Below, one piece after another: positions 45,839-57,091 of a DNA stretch of 64,000 bases. The notes beneath the pieces are model-generated. The model had not been told where the DNA came from and did no database searches. It was given only the letters and a program-made list of their open reading frames with translations. The stretch is from Krischvirus LF73P4. A program made the translations under genes and the position numbers. Location of the stretch: sequence record OZ035795.1. One strand, 5' to 3'. Position 1 is the first letter of the stretch. Each line of letters opens with the position of its first letter.

Positions 45839-46660
45839 TTATGCATCCTTCCAAACTTTCCTTGCGTCGTATTTCTTGCCTTTTGACATAAACTGATATG
45901 TAGGCATATAGATAATATTGCTCCAGTCTTTCGGGCTAATCTCAACAAGTTTTGTTTTAATGTGTCCCGGTAGATATGCTTTGATCATGTGATCACTTCC
46001 ACGCATACCTTTTACATCGCTCCATTTGATTTTTAAGCGTGTTTTATTGCTCAAGGTAGGAGTAGATGCATATTGCTTTAAAAGTGCCTCTAAAAACTGC
46101 TGACGGGCTTTAGGCGTTACATAGTGTAAGTTAAGACCCAGCATTACAGTATTACCCGCCTTTGTCTTAGAATCACCCAGACAAATGATCAGCGGGAAAA
46201 CATCCCAATATGGTAAAGTGTCTTTATACTTCGCATCATACATAAAGGTATAGATTCGCCCTACTTGCGGTTTTACAATCTGGTGTCCCTTTATTCCCGC
46301 TTTTATTGTTTTAGTAAACCACTCCTGTGATTTTTCTTTAGGACGACTCTTTGATACAGCACGCATAGACGCACGAAAATCATTAATCATCATCATTGCG
46401 CGTTGCTGCTTATTGAGACCCTTTGCACCTTTCCCTTTTAGTTTTTCAACTTCTATTGCTGTTTTAATTTCGCTGGCATAACGAGACATACTTTTAGTGA
46501 AAGTCGCATAGGCTATTCCCTTAGAATCTGCAAATGCTTTAGCTGTCATGCCTTTGGCTTTTGCTTTCGCAAATTCTACACCCAATTCGACCCACTGTTT
46601 AGACTTTCTTTTTTGGGGAGACGGCTTTTCGTCTTCTGTGATTATTTCAAATACGCTCAT
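45839..46660 (-). CDS. 2: DNA end-protector protein gp2-like
   Basis: 273 aa, adjacent to gene 4 on the same strand as in T4; size matches recalled T4 gp2; basic N-terminus. Confidence 0.6.
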   Translation of the reverse strand: MSVFEIITEDEKPSPQKRKSKQWVELGVEFAKAKAKGMTAKAFADSKGIAYATFTKSMSRYASEIKTAIEVEKLKGKGAKGLNKQQRAMMMINDFRASMRAVSKSRPKEKSQEWFTKTIKAGIKGHQIVKPQVGRIYTFMYDAKYKDTLPYWDVFPLIICLGDSKTKAGNTVMLGLNLHYVTPKARQQFLEALLKQYASTPTLSNKTRLKIKWSDVKGMRGSDHMIKAYLPGHIKTKLVEISPKDWSNIIYMPTYQFMSKGKKYDARKVWKDA

Positions 46661-46671
46661 AATATTATCCT

Positions 46672-47145
46672 CTATTTGTTAAGCCCTTTAAAGCCAAACA
46701 CTTTCTTTAATGCATGTTCGGTGATGATCTTAAACTCCATGTTATGCTTTTGGCATAATTTCACGGCAGCTAACCATTTTTCAGTATTTTTTGTGTATGT
46801 CCATACTTCATGCATATATCGTTGCTTTGTCTTCGCGGTCATTCTTTTTGGCTTTTCCGGTGGCCTTGTCTCTTTAGCTGGTTTAACTTCCCATAAATGC
46901 TCCTTGCCATCATCAAACTTAACGTAAAAATCCATAAAGTATCTGTGTCTTTTTCCGTCTGTTGATGACTCATAAGGAATTACTACGGTCTCAGATCCCC
47001 ATTTTGCAACTCTAGGATTGCGGTCTAGCCACTGCATGATCCATCTTTCCCAGCTTGAACGGTATGTGATCTTACGTATATCCCCTTTATACTTTTCCTT
47101 ATTCTCAGGAACATACTTGCCCTTATAAGTGTTAGATCCTCCCAT
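46672..47145 (-). CDS. 4: head completion protein gp4
   Basis: 157 aa; MGG.NTY.GKY.PEN..KY.GDI.KI.YRS.WER ... EVKP.KE..PP.KPKR matches recalled T4 gp4. Confidence 0.7.
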   Translation of the reverse strand: MGGSNTYKGKYVPENKEKYKGDIRKITYRSSWERWIMQWLDRNPRVAKWGSETVVIPYESSTDGKRHRYFMDFYVKFDDGKEHLWEVKPAKETRPPEKPKRMTAKTKQRYMHEVWTYTKNTEKWLAAVKLCQKHNMEFKIITEHALKKVFGFKGLNK

Positions 47146-47160
47146 TTTAGCACCCTTTAT

Positions 47161-47168
47161 TATAAATA
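47161..47168 (+). promoter_or_regulatory. T4-type late promoter TATAAATA upstream of gene 53
   Basis: Exact octamer about 33 nt before ATG 47201. Confidence 0.55.
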
Positions 47169-47200
47169 CATAATACTATTTATCAATTGAGGGTGCTAAA

Positions 47201-47755
47201 ATGCTCTTTTCTTTCTTCCCTGCCATTGAATACAATGGCAAGATGATTACTGACATTGTGCGCAATTACCGCGCATATTTCAACGCAATAATTTCTGATT
47301 ATAACATACAAACATATTACATTCAAGGTAGTCCACGACCGGAACAAGTTGCATATGAAGTATACGGAAACCAGCAACTTTATTGGATCTTGCTGATGCT
47401 TAATGACGTATACGATCCGTTTCATGACTGGATCACTGATCAAGAGACAGCATATGAATCAGCCGAACAGCGATATGCAAATGTAGGAGGAAATCAAGTA
47501 TTATACCACGTTGATATTGACGGAAACAAGTATTGGAATCTTACCGAATATCCGAAAGGATCAAGCAATTGGTATGATAAAGGGGATATTCATCACCGTT
47601 ATTTGCAGTTTCAGGGTGCATTATCGGCAGTAGACACACTGGAAGATGCGATCCTCCGTAATGAGGAACGACGCAAGATCAAGATCATAGATCCTACACA
47701 AATTAAACAATTTATTAACGCATTCATTCGAGAAATGGAAAAGGCTGATGTGTAA
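47201..47755 (+). CDS. 53: baseplate wedge protein gp53
   Basis: 184 aa; MLFSFF..IEY N-terminus and position before gene 5; late promoter TATAAATA about 35 nt upstream. Confidence 0.7.
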   Translation: MLFSFFPAIEYNGKMITDIVRNYRAYFNAIISDYNIQTYYIQGSPRPEQVAYEVYGNQQLYWILLMLNDVYDPFHDWITDQETAYESAEQRYANVGGNQVLYHVDIDGNKYWNLTEYPKGSSNWYDKGDIHHRYLQFQGALSAVDTLEDAILRNEERRKIKIIDPTQIKQFINAFIREMEKADV

Positions 47756-47766
47756 GGTGATTAATT

Positions 47767-49566
47767 ATGCTAATGTTTAATAACTCCGTTAAATGGTTTA
47801 CCGGAATTGTAGAAAACAGGGAAGATCCATTAATGTTAGGCCGAGTTCAGGTTAGGATTCATGGTATACATCCCTCGCTATCCGCACACGGTGACATTCA
47901 AGGTCTTCCAACCGAAGATCTACTATGGATTACGCCAGTACAAGATATTACAAGCGCGGCGATCTCCGGTATAGGTCAAAGCCCTACTGGTATTGTTGAA
48001 GGTTCAATGGTATTTGGTTTGGCTTTAGATGAACGTTATTTAAACTGCGTTATTCTTGGTACTATTGCCGGACAATATACAGAGAAACCACTCACTACAG
48101 AAGGTTTTTGCGACCCTTCTGGTGCATATCCTCGTTATATTGGTAATGATGTTAATATTCTTGCTCGTGGCGGTATTAACCCAGAAACCGGGCAAACAAC
48201 AAAACCTGATAGTGTCTATATTCGAGATGAAAACACTGGAGTTGCAGTAAATCCAGACGACGAGCCATTAGATCAAATTCCGGTTGATGATAATCCTGAT
48301 TTTACAATAGAAAAAATGCTGCGTGGCGATGAGGGGTATCGCGAGAAATGGTATCTTGATTCAGAAGGATATCCGACAATAGGCATCGGGCATCTGATCA
48401 TTTATAAGAAAACCAGTGATCTTGGTATTATCAATAATGAACTTTCTAAGCTGGTAGGGCGTGAAGTTACAAACGGAAGACTTACTGCCGAAGAAGTTAG
48501 TAAAGTATTTGCTGACGATATAGAAAAGACTCGTCGTGATATGCGCAAACATCCACGAATTGCACCTGTCTATAATAAATGTAATGCCTCACGTCGTATG
48601 GCATTAGAAAATATGGCGTTTCAAATGGGTGTTGGTGGATTGGGTAAATTTAAGAATAGTCTTGCTGCGATGTTAGCGGAAGAATGGAAACAAGCCTATG
48701 ATGGATTACGTCAATCTGTATGGGCTAACCAAACTCCAGGACGATCCAGCCGTGTTTCTAAAATTATTTTAACTGGTAACTTAGAATCATATGGCGTAAT
48801 TGCTCCAAAGAAAGAGGAATCAATTTCGGATGATCCGCGAGCACGTTTAAGAAATGCCCGTATTGCTGCCTATAAGACGCAGAGAGCAGAAGAAGACCCA
48901 GAAGCACCGTTTACCCCACAAGACACACGAATCATGTTTAAAGAGCCTAAGAGTTCGTATTCTGCAAGGTATCCTTATAACCATGTGTACGAGTCAGAGA
49001 GCGGTCATATTATCGAGATTGATGATACTCCTTCTCATGAGCGATATCATCGTAAACATCCTTCTGGTACATTTGAAGAAACCAGACCGGACGGAACGAG
49101 GGTAGAAAAGATTGAAGGTGATGACTATTTGATCGTTAAGCAAGGCCGCAAAGTCAACGTTAAAGGCAATCTGCAAGTTGTTGTTGAAGGTGACGCGCAA
49201 GTTTATTATATGGGTAATGTAATGCAAACCGTTGATGGTAACGTCACGGAATTTATTCGTGGCAATGTTAATCAGACCGTTGAGGGTACAGCTAATATGC
49301 ATGTTGTAGGTGATGTTACCGCACAGCTTGACGCTAATTTGACGGCTAACGTCAAGGGTAATGCTGAATTAATGATCGAGGGTAACACTACCGAAACAAT
49401 TAAAGGTAACTATGATTTAACCGTTGAGGGTAATTTTAATATGACCGTCAATGGCACTAAATCAGATCAGGTTAATGGTGACTGGTCCCGTAATTGTGGT
49501 GCAAGCGTTAAAGATATTGCATCTGGTACAGTTAAAATTGATGGTAGCCGTATTGATCTTGGGTGA
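47767..49566 (+). CDS. 5: baseplate central spike/lysozyme gp5
   Basis: 599 aa; N-terminal OB domain, central lysozyme domain (EGYREKWYLDSEGYPTIGIGHLI), C-terminal V.G....-type beta-helix repeats (VKGN, VEGD, VDGN, VEGT, VKGN, IEGN, VEGN, VNGT). Confidence 0.9.
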   Translation: MLMFNNSVKWFTGIVENREDPLMLGRVQVRIHGIHPSLSAHGDIQGLPTEDLLWITPVQDITSAAISGIGQSPTGIVEGSMVFGLALDERYLNCVILGTIAGQYTEKPLTTEGFCDPSGAYPRYIGNDVNILARGGINPETGQTTKPDSVYIRDENTGVAVNPDDEPLDQIPVDDNPDFTIEKMLRGDEGYREKWYLDSEGYPTIGIGHLIIYKKTSDLGIINNELSKLVGREVTNGRLTAEEVSKVFADDIEKTRRDMRKHPRIAPVYNKCNASRRMALENMAFQMGVGGLGKFKNSLAAMLAEEWKQAYDGLRQSVWANQTPGRSSRVSKIILTGNLESYGVIAPKKEESISDDPRARLRNARIAAYKTQRAEEDPEAPFTPQDTRIMFKEPKSSYSARYPYNHVYESESGHIIEIDDTPSHERYHRKHPSGTFEETRPDGTRVEKIEGDDYLIVKQGRKVNVKGNLQVVVEGDAQVYYMGNVMQTVDGNVTEFIRGNVNQTVEGTANMHVVGDVTAQLDANLTANVKGNAELMIEGNTTETIKGNYDLTVEGNFNMTVNGTKSDQVNGDWSRNCGASVKDIASGTVKIDGSRIDLG

Positions 49567-49574
49567 GGTAACTA

Positions 49575-50141
49575 ATGGTTGAAATTCTTCCGATGAGTTC
49601 AAAATTGGAGGATATCAGCGAGCGAGAAATCTTTGAGGTGGTGTTCTCTTATAAAGCAACGCCACCGGATGCAAATACCACATACACGATTAAAGAGTTT
49701 AAGATCAGCGAGTATCGCCCTAATAAGGGCGTTACCGTTGAAGAAACTAAAATATCTGGTGAGTATCGGGATAGTTTTTCGCTTGGCGCGGATTCTCTTA
49801 AATATATAACGAAAGATAGAATTAAAAAATCTGCCGGAAGTTTTGATGATTTACCAGATCCAACTACCGCAGATCTATATTATTTTAACGCTCCTACACG
49901 TCTACAGGAGGTTTATACTTATAAAGTAACCCTAACCTATATCCAATCTGTTTCAGAGTCTTCTGGTGGTTCTGATGAAGGAAATAGTGGTGGTTCCAAT
50001 AGCCGAGAGGGTGCTGGTGAAACTAATCCGCCTCCGGTAGTAACCGAGCACACAATAGAGAAAGTTTATACTCAAACCGTTTTTGGAAATTGGGATGTGT
50101 GGGCGCAGCAACTAAGAGATTATGTACATAGGGGTGTTTAA
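49575..50141 (+). CDS. hypothetical protein (gene 5.1 position)
   Basis: 188-aa ORF between 5 and 5.4; Gly/Ser-rich linker. Confidence 0.5.
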   Translation: MVEILPMSSKLEDISEREIFEVVFSYKATPPDANTTYTIKEFKISEYRPNKGVTVEETKISGEYRDSFSLGADSLKYITKDRIKKSAGSFDDLPDPTTADLYYFNAPTRLQEVYTYKVTLTYIQSVSESSGGSDEGNSGGSNSREGAGETNPPPVVTEHTIEKVYTQTVFGNWDVWAQQLRDYVHRGV

Positions 50142-50434
50142 TGGCTGGATTATCCTACGATAAAGCTAAAACTACAGGGCACGGAAACTACCCACCTACG
50201 GTAATTAATGCAACTCAATCTAAGGTATTTGTTGAGGGTATCCCTGTATTAGTCGAAGGAGACCCAATTACACCACATACAAAAACAACAAAGCCTTATG
50301 ATACACACGGGGGAACTACGGTCGCCAGTACCCCGAAAGTATTTGTTACCGGAAAGAAAGCAATTCAAATGGCAGATCGTATTAGCTGTGGCGATACCGT
50401 CGCTATGGCATCACCGAAGGTATTCATAAAATGA
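50141..50434 (+). CDS. 5.4: PAAR-repeat spike tip protein gp5.4
   Basis: 97 aa; three PAAR-like repeats ([29 protein letters not shown]) with Cys/His metal ligands. Confidence 0.7.
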   Translation: MAGLSYDKAKTTGHGNYPPTVINATQSKVFVEGIPVLVEGDPITPHTKTTKPYDTHGGTTVASTPKVFVTGKKAIQMADRISCGDTVAMASPKVFIK

Positions 50435-52335
50435 CAAAGCAAAAGATTACACAAATTCCTGATATTTTTAATGCTGCTACGTTTGATGAAATTAAAAGCG
50501 CATTAACAGACTGGATGAGAAACCAGGAAGAATTTAAAGATTTTGATTTTAATGGTGCTGGCATTAACGTATTGATGGACTTGCTCGCATATAACACTCT
50601 GTATATTCAGCAATTCGCTAACGCCGCGCTATATGAATCTTTTATCAGAACGGCAATTAAGCGTAGTTCAGTTGTTCAAGCCGCGCAAGATTTAGGATAT
50701 TTGCCAGCAAGTAAAACTAGTGCATCGACCACAATTATGTTGCACGTATCACATCCGCGAAATCCGGCAAGTATTCGAATCCCACGAGGAACTAAATTTA
50801 TTGCAAGTGTGGATCGCCAGACTTCTTACCCATTTGTTACTACAGAGGACGTCGTAAGCGTTTTAGGTTCAAATGGTTTATATACGCCTATGCTTAAAGT
50901 CGCACAAGGTCGTATTGTTCGTACAGAAATGTTATTTGATCCGAAGAAACAAATTCTGATCCGTGATCCTGATATTGACCGCGCTCAGGTTAAGTTGTGG
51001 GTAGATGGTGCTGAATGGAAAGACTGGACGCGAGAAAGTATTGTTAATGCAACTGGCGCTAGTAATATTTTCTATATGCGTGAAACCGTAGACGGACATA
51101 CTGAAATTTTCTTTGGTGAGGGTGAATCAACTTTATCTGCCGCTGGCGGTGCACTGGAAGCAAATTATATTGGTGGACTTAAGCCGTCAACTGGTGCTAA
51201 TATTGTTATCGAATATATCAGCACTAAAGGCGCGGAAGCAAACGGTTCAGTTAATTTCACATACGCGGATACATTGGCATCAATTTCTATTGTTAAAATT
51301 ATTGAGAATCCGACAAATGATCGTGATTATGTCGGTGCAGATGGTGGTGGTGATCCTGAATCAATCGAACGTATCCGTGAACTTGCTCCGGTAATGCGTG
51401 AATCTCAGCGTCGTTGTGTGACTGCTTCCGACTATGAGGCTTTTGTGTCTAGCCGTTTTGGTAGTATTGTTCAGGCGGTACAATGTTTCACCGACCGAGA
51501 AAAACCGGGTTATGCTTTTGTTGCTGTTAAGCCTAAATCTGGCTTGCGCTTGACAACCGTTCAAAAAGAAGATATGCGGGATTATCTGGCAAAATATAAC
51601 CTTGCCCCTATCACGCCGAGCATCATTGACCCTAACTATCTGTATATTAAACAGAATATTAAAGTTTCCTATTCAATCAACGACTTGTCAGAATCAGAGC
51701 AGTGGTTGCGCGGTGCGGTTATTGATCAGATTGATGCATATTATACCGACGAAGTGGAAATTTTTAACCAGACATTTAGTAAGTCTAAAATGCTTGCTCG
51801 TATTGACAAAGCTGATGTATCTGTGATAGGTTCTAGTGCAGAAATCGAGATGGTGCGAGAGATCGACAACTTCTATAAAGCACCGATGGCGGGAATCAAG
51901 TTTTTAAACCAGTATAAGAGCGGAATCAAGTCTAGTTCATTCAACTTCGAAAAGGACGACAAGCAATATCCGATCCATTATGTAAGTACAGAAATGAACA
52001 AAGAATCCGGTTTAGCTAAATTGCTGGTTGGACCTTTCCCTGTTGATTCTACAATCGCTTTACCGCACTATTCCGGCACTGATTTTGATAAAGAGATTAT
52101 CGACGGTGCGGACCTATACTTTGAGGTTGGAGAGGTTCAGCATTATGAAGACCTTATTTCATGGGATCTGGGTAAACTGAATATCAATAGCGATCGCTTT
52201 ACTGGTTCATATATTGAGTTGACAGCTAAACCGATTGCTGATAACATTTTTACTAAAGACGGTTCTTTGATCGTGTTTGAAAACGATCTCCGTCCTCAGT
52301 ACACAACTATTAGTCTGGAGGCAATTGCTCAATGA
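50431..52335 (+). CDS. 6: baseplate wedge protein gp6
   Basis: 634 aa (T4 gp6 recalled as about 660), position 5.4->6->7, overlapping starts. Confidence 0.8.
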   Translation: MTKQKITQIPDIFNAATFDEIKSALTDWMRNQEEFKDFDFNGAGINVLMDLLAYNTLYIQQFANAALYESFIRTAIKRSSVVQAAQDLGYLPASKTSASTTIMLHVSHPRNPASIRIPRGTKFIASVDRQTSYPFVTTEDVVSVLGSNGLYTPMLKVAQGRIVRTEMLFDPKKQILIRDPDIDRAQVKLWVDGAEWKDWTRESIVNATGASNIFYMRETVDGHTEIFFGEGESTLSAAGGALEANYIGGLKPSTGANIVIEYISTKGAEANGSVNFTYADTLASISIVKIIENPTNDRDYVGADGGGDPESIERIRELAPVMRESQRRCVTASDYEAFVSSRFGSIVQAVQCFTDREKPGYAFVAVKPKSGLRLTTVQKEDMRDYLAKYNLAPITPSIIDPNYLYIKQNIKVSYSINDLSESEQWLRGAVIDQIDAYYTDEVEIFNQTFSKSKMLARIDKADVSVIGSSAEIEMVREIDNFYKAPMAGIKFLNQYKSGIKSSSFNFEKDDKQYPIHYVSTEMNKESGLAKLLVGPFPVDSTIALPHYSGTDFDKEIIDGADLYFEVGEVQHYEDLISWDLGKLNINSDRFTGSYIELTAKPIADNIFTKDGSLIVFENDLRPQYTTISLEAIAQ

Positions 52336-55300
52336 TTAAAGCGCCTAGTGTAACTAGCTTGACAATAGAAAAATTGTCTGCTAATCAGGCGTATATCACA
52401 TGGGATGACGTAGGCGAAAACTTCTTTTATTTTGTGGAGTTAGCCGAAACCAGAACACGAGACGGGGAGATCATCCCCGTCGATGAGTTAAGCTGGGTAA
52501 ACCTGGGATATACTGCCGACCAAAACTGGTTTGAGGATAAAAACCTTTTTCCAGAATATTATTACAAGTTTCGTGTAGCAGTAGCCGCAGAAGGATTTGA
52601 ACAAAGTAAATGGGTTGAAACAGAAGAGTTTCAGACATTTAAAACAAACGCATATAATTTTTCTATGATGCGAGAGTTCAACCTTGCAAACGAGTTTATA
52701 AAGGAAAAATTTACATACGATAATCGAGAGTATGTCAAGTTTAATACTGACCTGATTCAAGCATCATTAATGAAGGAAGATTTTGTCTTTAGTCCTGAAT
52801 ATGCAAACATGACAAATATCTCAAACTACATTGTAGTGGATGAGAACTTTCATGAAATACAGGATCACATAGAAAAAGTTTGTACTGATATAAACCGCAC
52901 TATGTTAGCGGAAATGAACGGTGTTTTGTACCTTTTCGAACGGTTCCAGCCGATCGTGAAAGTGTCAAATGATAAAGGCCAATCATGGAAAGCATACAAG
53001 GCTTTTAATGACCGTGTAGGGAATCCGGTTTCCCGTACATGCGTTTATCAGTCTAAAACCACTACTTACGTTTTAGGATATGACCGAATCTTTTACGGAC
53101 GACAAGCGAGCGATACTCGATGGAGCGCGGACGATGTTCGATTTAGTGATGATACGATCACTTTTGCAAAGGTCGGTGACGAAAACGATTTAGGCTTTGA
53201 CGTTGAGGTCTTTGGTGTATTTTCCAGATTAACAGGTGATACCACAAAATACGCCGAAGCTATGGCGTGTAGTGATGACTATTTGTGGGTTGGTGCTAAA
53301 GATGTTATTCGCAGGATTCGTCTTAAGAATACTCCTGTTGATACCGTACAGGGTTCGCCTACGTTTGGAGAAAAAATATTCGATCCTGATGTTATCCGAG
53401 TAACAGGAAATGATAAAGCTGTCATTCAGAAAATGGATGTGATCGACGGTAAATTGCTTGTATTTGTTACGGGTGAAGTTAAACAGCGTTATCAAGATCC
53501 AACTAAACCAGAAAACGTTGTTCCGTCAGATGATGCGGGTGTATACTTAATAGGGAGTGATGGTCTGTCTTTTCAGAGAGTATTTGGCAACACTCCGCAG
53601 GAAAGGGAATATATTCAGCATGGGTTCAGTAATATGTCAACCAATGGTGATGAGGTGTTCATAAGCCATTATAATCATCACTTCGAAAGCATTTTACCTG
53701 ATCCAGAAACTGCCGAGAAATATGAATTGGGCGAAGCTGTAAAATATTCTCAGGAGCCAACTTATCTAACTGATAAGAAAATACATCAAACTACTTTCAG
53801 AGCAAGTTATGATGATTTGCGTATTTGGGAGTTAGGACCGCAAGCGTATTATAACGAGGCTGATTATACATGGATGCGTCGAAACGGTGTCCGTGTGTGG
53901 ATCACAAATGATAATCGCCCGTTGGTTGTTTATCCAGAAGTTGTCTATACGCAGGAAGTTGATACTTCCGGCATTCTTGATAAAAACAGAATTAACCGTG
54001 AAGTTTATGATAAAGGGACCGTGACCTGTTATCTTAACAATGTTAAATTTGAAGGATTCAAACAATATGCATCCGGTGTAATGTTCCATAAAAACACGGG
54101 AGAGATCATAGGATTCTATCAATTTAACTATCGCGTTCGTGATCAGGTTGGTGTATATTGGAAACCTACAAATGTAGCATTTGTTGCTGAATTGCAAAAT
54201 CAGGTTCGAGAGGTTCCCTGGGTTCCGGTTCACTACGATCGAGAACAAGACCCAGATTTGCGACCTTTACTGAATAAGATGACACCGGATAGCTTTTTAC
54301 TTGAGAACGAAAATTTCAGAAAATTCTCTGAATATTATCTGCAATTCTTAAGTGATGGTTCTGGAACATATTATAATAAACTAAAAAATCTGATTAAAAA
54401 CAAATATCCACGCGAGCAAGATGCATATGAGTATCTTTGGTCAGAGATGAACAAACGAAACATCTATGCAGATAAAAACAAGCGAGATGCGGTCGTAAGA
54501 TTCTTTGAATCCCGCAAATCAGATTTTTATTCCACTAAGGGCGTGGAGGCTTCTTATAAGTTCTTGTTTAAGTTACTTTATAATGAAGATGTGGAAATTG
54601 AGGTTGAATCACAAGCCGGACTAGAGTATGATATTGTTGTTAGTTCAACGAACATTGACGAGGATATCGTAGGTCGCACGATTTATACCCCGACCGGACG
54701 GGCTAACGTGACTTATCTTGAAAGGGAATATGAAGGTGGACGTCTACGCTGGCGAGTAACCATTCATAACCTGATCGGGCGGTTCGAAGAAGGTCAAGTG
54801 ATCAAATCAGAGAAAACAGCGTTTGAAGGGATGATCCTTGTTGGTGTACGTGGTAAAGAGTTGCTGAGTAGTTCAATCGACTATATCAACCGATCACGAA
54901 GCCAATACACCATGAAGATTAAAAGTGCATTGCCAGTTTCGCGCTATGCAAATGATGTAATGCGATTCGTTCATCCTGTCGGCTTTGGGTTTATCGGTGT
55001 TACCCTGCTTACGATGTTCATTAACAGCGGGTTGAGCATGAAGCACACCGAGACTATAATTCAATCTCTGAAAAATTATAAGTTTGACAGCGGATTGCCT
55101 AGCGTGTATCCTGATCGGGTGGCAGACCTTGATGTTGATGGAAATATTAAGATTGACCCACTAACAGGGAAACCATTATACTTAACGTCACCGACAATTG
55201 GCGAAGAGTTCCCTGTTCCTCCTGAATATGATCAGGAGAACAGCGAATTGTTCCACGGACTTAAAGCAAGCGAACGAAGATTTGCAATGAGTCCACTGTT

Positions 55301-55418
55301 TGACCAGTCGGCGGTAACATTCTCTATGTTCCGTGAACTTGTAGATAAAAGGTTGAAGGATAATATAGGGAATCCACGCGATCCGAAGAATCCGACACAG
55401 AGGAAAATTAATGGCTAA
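52332..55418 (+). CDS. 7: baseplate wedge protein gp7
   Basis: 1028 aa (T4 gp7 recalled as about 1032), synteny. Confidence 0.8.
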   Translation: MIKAPSVTSLTIEKLSANQAYITWDDVGENFFYFVELAETRTRDGEIIPVDELSWVNLGYTADQNWFEDKNLFPEYYYKFRVAVAAEGFEQSKWVETEEFQTFKTNAYNFSMMREFNLANEFIKEKFTYDNREYVKFNTDLIQASLMKEDFVFSPEYANMTNISNYIVVDENFHEIQDHIEKVCTDINRTMLAEMNGVLYLFERFQPIVKVSNDKGQSWKAYKAFNDRVGNPVSRTCVYQSKTTTYVLGYDRIFYGRQASDTRWSADDVRFSDDTITFAKVGDENDLGFDVEVFGVFSRLTGDTTKYAEAMACSDDYLWVGAKDVIRRIRLKNTPVDTVQGSPTFGEKIFDPDVIRVTGNDKAVIQKMDVIDGKLLVFVTGEVKQRYQDPTKPENVVPSDDAGVYLIGSDGLSFQRVFGNTPQEREYIQHGFSNMSTNGDEVFISHYNHHFESILPDPETAEKYELGEAVKYSQEPTYLTDKKIHQTTFRASYDDLRIWELGPQAYYNEADYTWMRRNGVRVWITNDNRPLVVYPEVVYTQEVDTSGILDKNRINREVYDKGTVTCYLNNVKFEGFKQYASGVMFHKNTGEIIGFYQFNYRVRDQVGVYWKPTNVAFVAELQNQVREVPWVPVHYDREQDPDLRPLLNKMTPDSFLLENENFRKFSEYYLQFLSDGSGTYYNKLKNLIKNKYPREQDAYEYLWSEMNKRNIYADKNKRDAVVRFFESRKSDFYSTKGVEASYKFLFKLLYNEDVEIEVESQAGLEYDIVVSSTNIDEDIVGRTIYTPTGRANVTYLEREYEGGRLRWRVTIHNLIGRFEEGQVIKSEKTAFEGMILVGVRGKELLSSSIDYINRSRSQYTMKIKSALPVSRYANDVMRFVHPVGFGFIGVTLLTMFINSGLSMKHTETIIQSLKNYKFDSGLPSVYPDRVADLDVDGNIKIDPLTGKPLYLTSPTIGEEFPVPPEYDQENSELFHGLKASERRFAMSPLFDQSAVTFSMFRELVDKRLKDNIGNPRDPKNPTQRKING

Positions 55419-56406
55419 TGAAAATAGTGTGATCTATCGCTCAATCATTACTAGCAAATTCAGAACAGAAAAACTTCTGAACTTCTATAATTCTGTAGGC
55501 GATGGAGCAAATCAAATTACAATTTATGGAACGTTTGGACGTTCGGAGCCGTGGTCAGAAAACGAAAAAGAGGTGGGCTTTGCCCCACCTTATCCGACCG
55601 ATTCAACGGCTGGTGTTGTTGACATGTGGACCCATATGATGGGGGCGGTTAAGATTAACAAATCACTTCTTGATGCGGTTATCCCTCGTAAAGATTGGGG
55701 TGATACCGGACAGGATAACCCGCGCACGTTCTTTATCAATGACATTGTTGTCGTAAACTCAGCACCATATAACCGTACAGATGTTGGTAGCGGCTGGATG
55801 GTTTACCGTGTAACTGATGTTCCTGATCGCGGTTACTGCTCGATTTCAAGCATTGACGCTAAAGTAGAGTGTTTGAAGTTGGGCGGAAAGTGGACACCTA
55901 CCCATGAATCAATTGCGCCACCTGTAGGAAAGGGCGATTCTATTGATATGGGTGATGGGTATCGTTGGGAATATCTGTACACAATTCCGCCTGATGCGGC
56001 GATCAACCGTTGCACCAATGAACATATTGTTGTACCGTTCCCCGATGAACTGCGACAAGATCCGGCGCGTTGGGGCTATGACAATGTGATCACCTGGTAT
56101 AATGACTATAATCTGCTTTATCGGCTGAAAGTAGTAACTTTGCGTTTTCAGGCTTATATGGACTCTGCGCAATTCCCAACTACCGCGTTAGTGGGTAATA
56201 CTGGTTTCCGTCAGTTAAGCATTATCCTTAACCCATTGGAAAAGAAAGCACGCCCTAGCGATCCAGACGTTAAAGCGGTTAAATATAAGTACCGACCGCA
56301 AGACTTAGAGCCACACTCAGGAGAAATGATCTACATGGAAAACCGACAACCTATCGTTCGGTCATTAGATCAAACAGAACTTGTTTCTGTATTGTTTGAG
56401 TTCTAA
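55411..56406 (+). CDS. 8: baseplate wedge protein gp8
   Basis: 331 aa (T4 gp8 recalled as about 334), synteny; followed by intrinsic terminator. Confidence 0.75.
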   Translation: MANENSVIYRSIITSKFRTEKLLNFYNSVGDGANQITIYGTFGRSEPWSENEKEVGFAPPYPTDSTAGVVDMWTHMMGAVKINKSLLDAVIPRKDWGDTGQDNPRTFFINDIVVVNSAPYNRTDVGSGWMVYRVTDVPDRGYCSISSIDAKVECLKLGGKWTPTHESIAPPVGKGDSIDMGDGYRWEYLYTIPPDAAINRCTNEHIVVPFPDELRQDPARWGYDNVITWYNDYNLLYRLKVVTLRFQAYMDSAQFPTTALVGNTGFRQLSIILNPLEKKARPSDPDVKAVKYKYRPQDLEPHSGEMIYMENRQPIVRSLDQTELVSVLFEF

Positions 56407-56417
56407 GTGTATGATTT

Positions 56418-56458
56418 TAAAAGCCAATTCGAGAGAGTTGGCTTTTTCCATTTTTGGT
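56418..56458 (+). terminator. intrinsic terminator after gene 8
   Basis: AAAAGCCAATTCGAGAGAGTTGGCTTTTTCCATTTTT. Confidence 0.55.
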
Positions 56459-56459
56459 G

Positions 56460-56487
56460 TTGACAATATTATTTGGTAAGGTATAAT
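56460..56487 (+). promoter_or_regulatory. sigma70-type promoter TTGACA-N16-TATAAT inside the baseplate gene cluster
   Basis: Consensus hexamers about 30 nt upstream of ORF 56517, just after gene 8 terminator. Confidence 0.55.
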
Positions 56488-56516
56488 GCTCACATCTAAA
56501 CAACGGAGGATAAATT

Positions 56517-56774
56517 ATGGCACGTCGTAAATTTACAGATAATTGTGAAGCAATTCAGGTATCCCCTTGCGGTTGGTATGTGATCGCGAACGGTGAAAAG
56601 ATCGGAGAGATCATCGATCATACTCATTCATCACTAGCCGATTACACCGATGAACTATGGGAGGGTATCAACTTCATGAATGACACTAAACGATTCAAGA
56701 CTATCGACGAAGCTATCTATTTTGTGTATAATCCAACTTTCGGTATGTGGGGAACTAGAAAATGGCACGCGTAA
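56517..56774 (+). CDS. hypothetical protein, first gene of inserted early cassette
   Basis: 85 aa, starts MARRK; RBS GGAGGA; two Cys (DNCEAIQVSPCGW). Confidence 0.5.
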   Translation: MARRKFTDNCEAIQVSPCGWYVIANGEKIGEIIDHTHSSLADYTDELWEGINFMNDTKRFKTIDEAIYFVYNPTFGMWGTRKWHA

Positions 56775-57091
56775 ATATTAAACTGCATTATACAATGGGT
56801 AAACCAAAACATCCAATGCATAAAGTGTTTTGGGGCTTGCATCTTCAAGAAAAATGGCATGATAACTATTGGTTTTGTGACCATGATAAGAAGTGGCATT
56901 CTCAAGATGAAGTTAATGCGATGATGGAACATGGTATAAAATTTAATTACTCTAATTATGACCATAGCATTACTTGTATTCGAAAATTGAAACGGTTTAT
57001 TCGAAAGAATCCGCAATTTAAAAACTTTGTGTTCTTTATGTCTCATGTTTATTTGGGGCATAGCGTTACCGTAACAGCAAAGGTTAAATAA
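56762..57091 (+). CDS. hypothetical His/Trp-rich protein, second gene of inserted cassette
   Basis: 109 aa, starts MARVN; His/Trp-rich segment HYTMGKPKHPMHKVFWGLHLQEKWHDNYWFCDHDKKWH; overlaps flanking genes. Confidence 0.5.
   Translation: MARVNIKLHYTMGKPKHPMHKVFWGLHLQEKWHDNYWFCDHDKKWHSQDEVNAMMEHGIKFNYSNYDHSITCIRKLKRFIRKNPQFKNFVFFMSHVYLGHSVTVTAKVK

Noticed and set aside
50141-50434. PAAR-repeat protein as evidence of a type VI secretion component
   Set aside because: In the gene 5 / 5.4 context of a myovirus baseplate operon, the PAAR protein is the phage spike tip, not a bacterial T6SS effector module.
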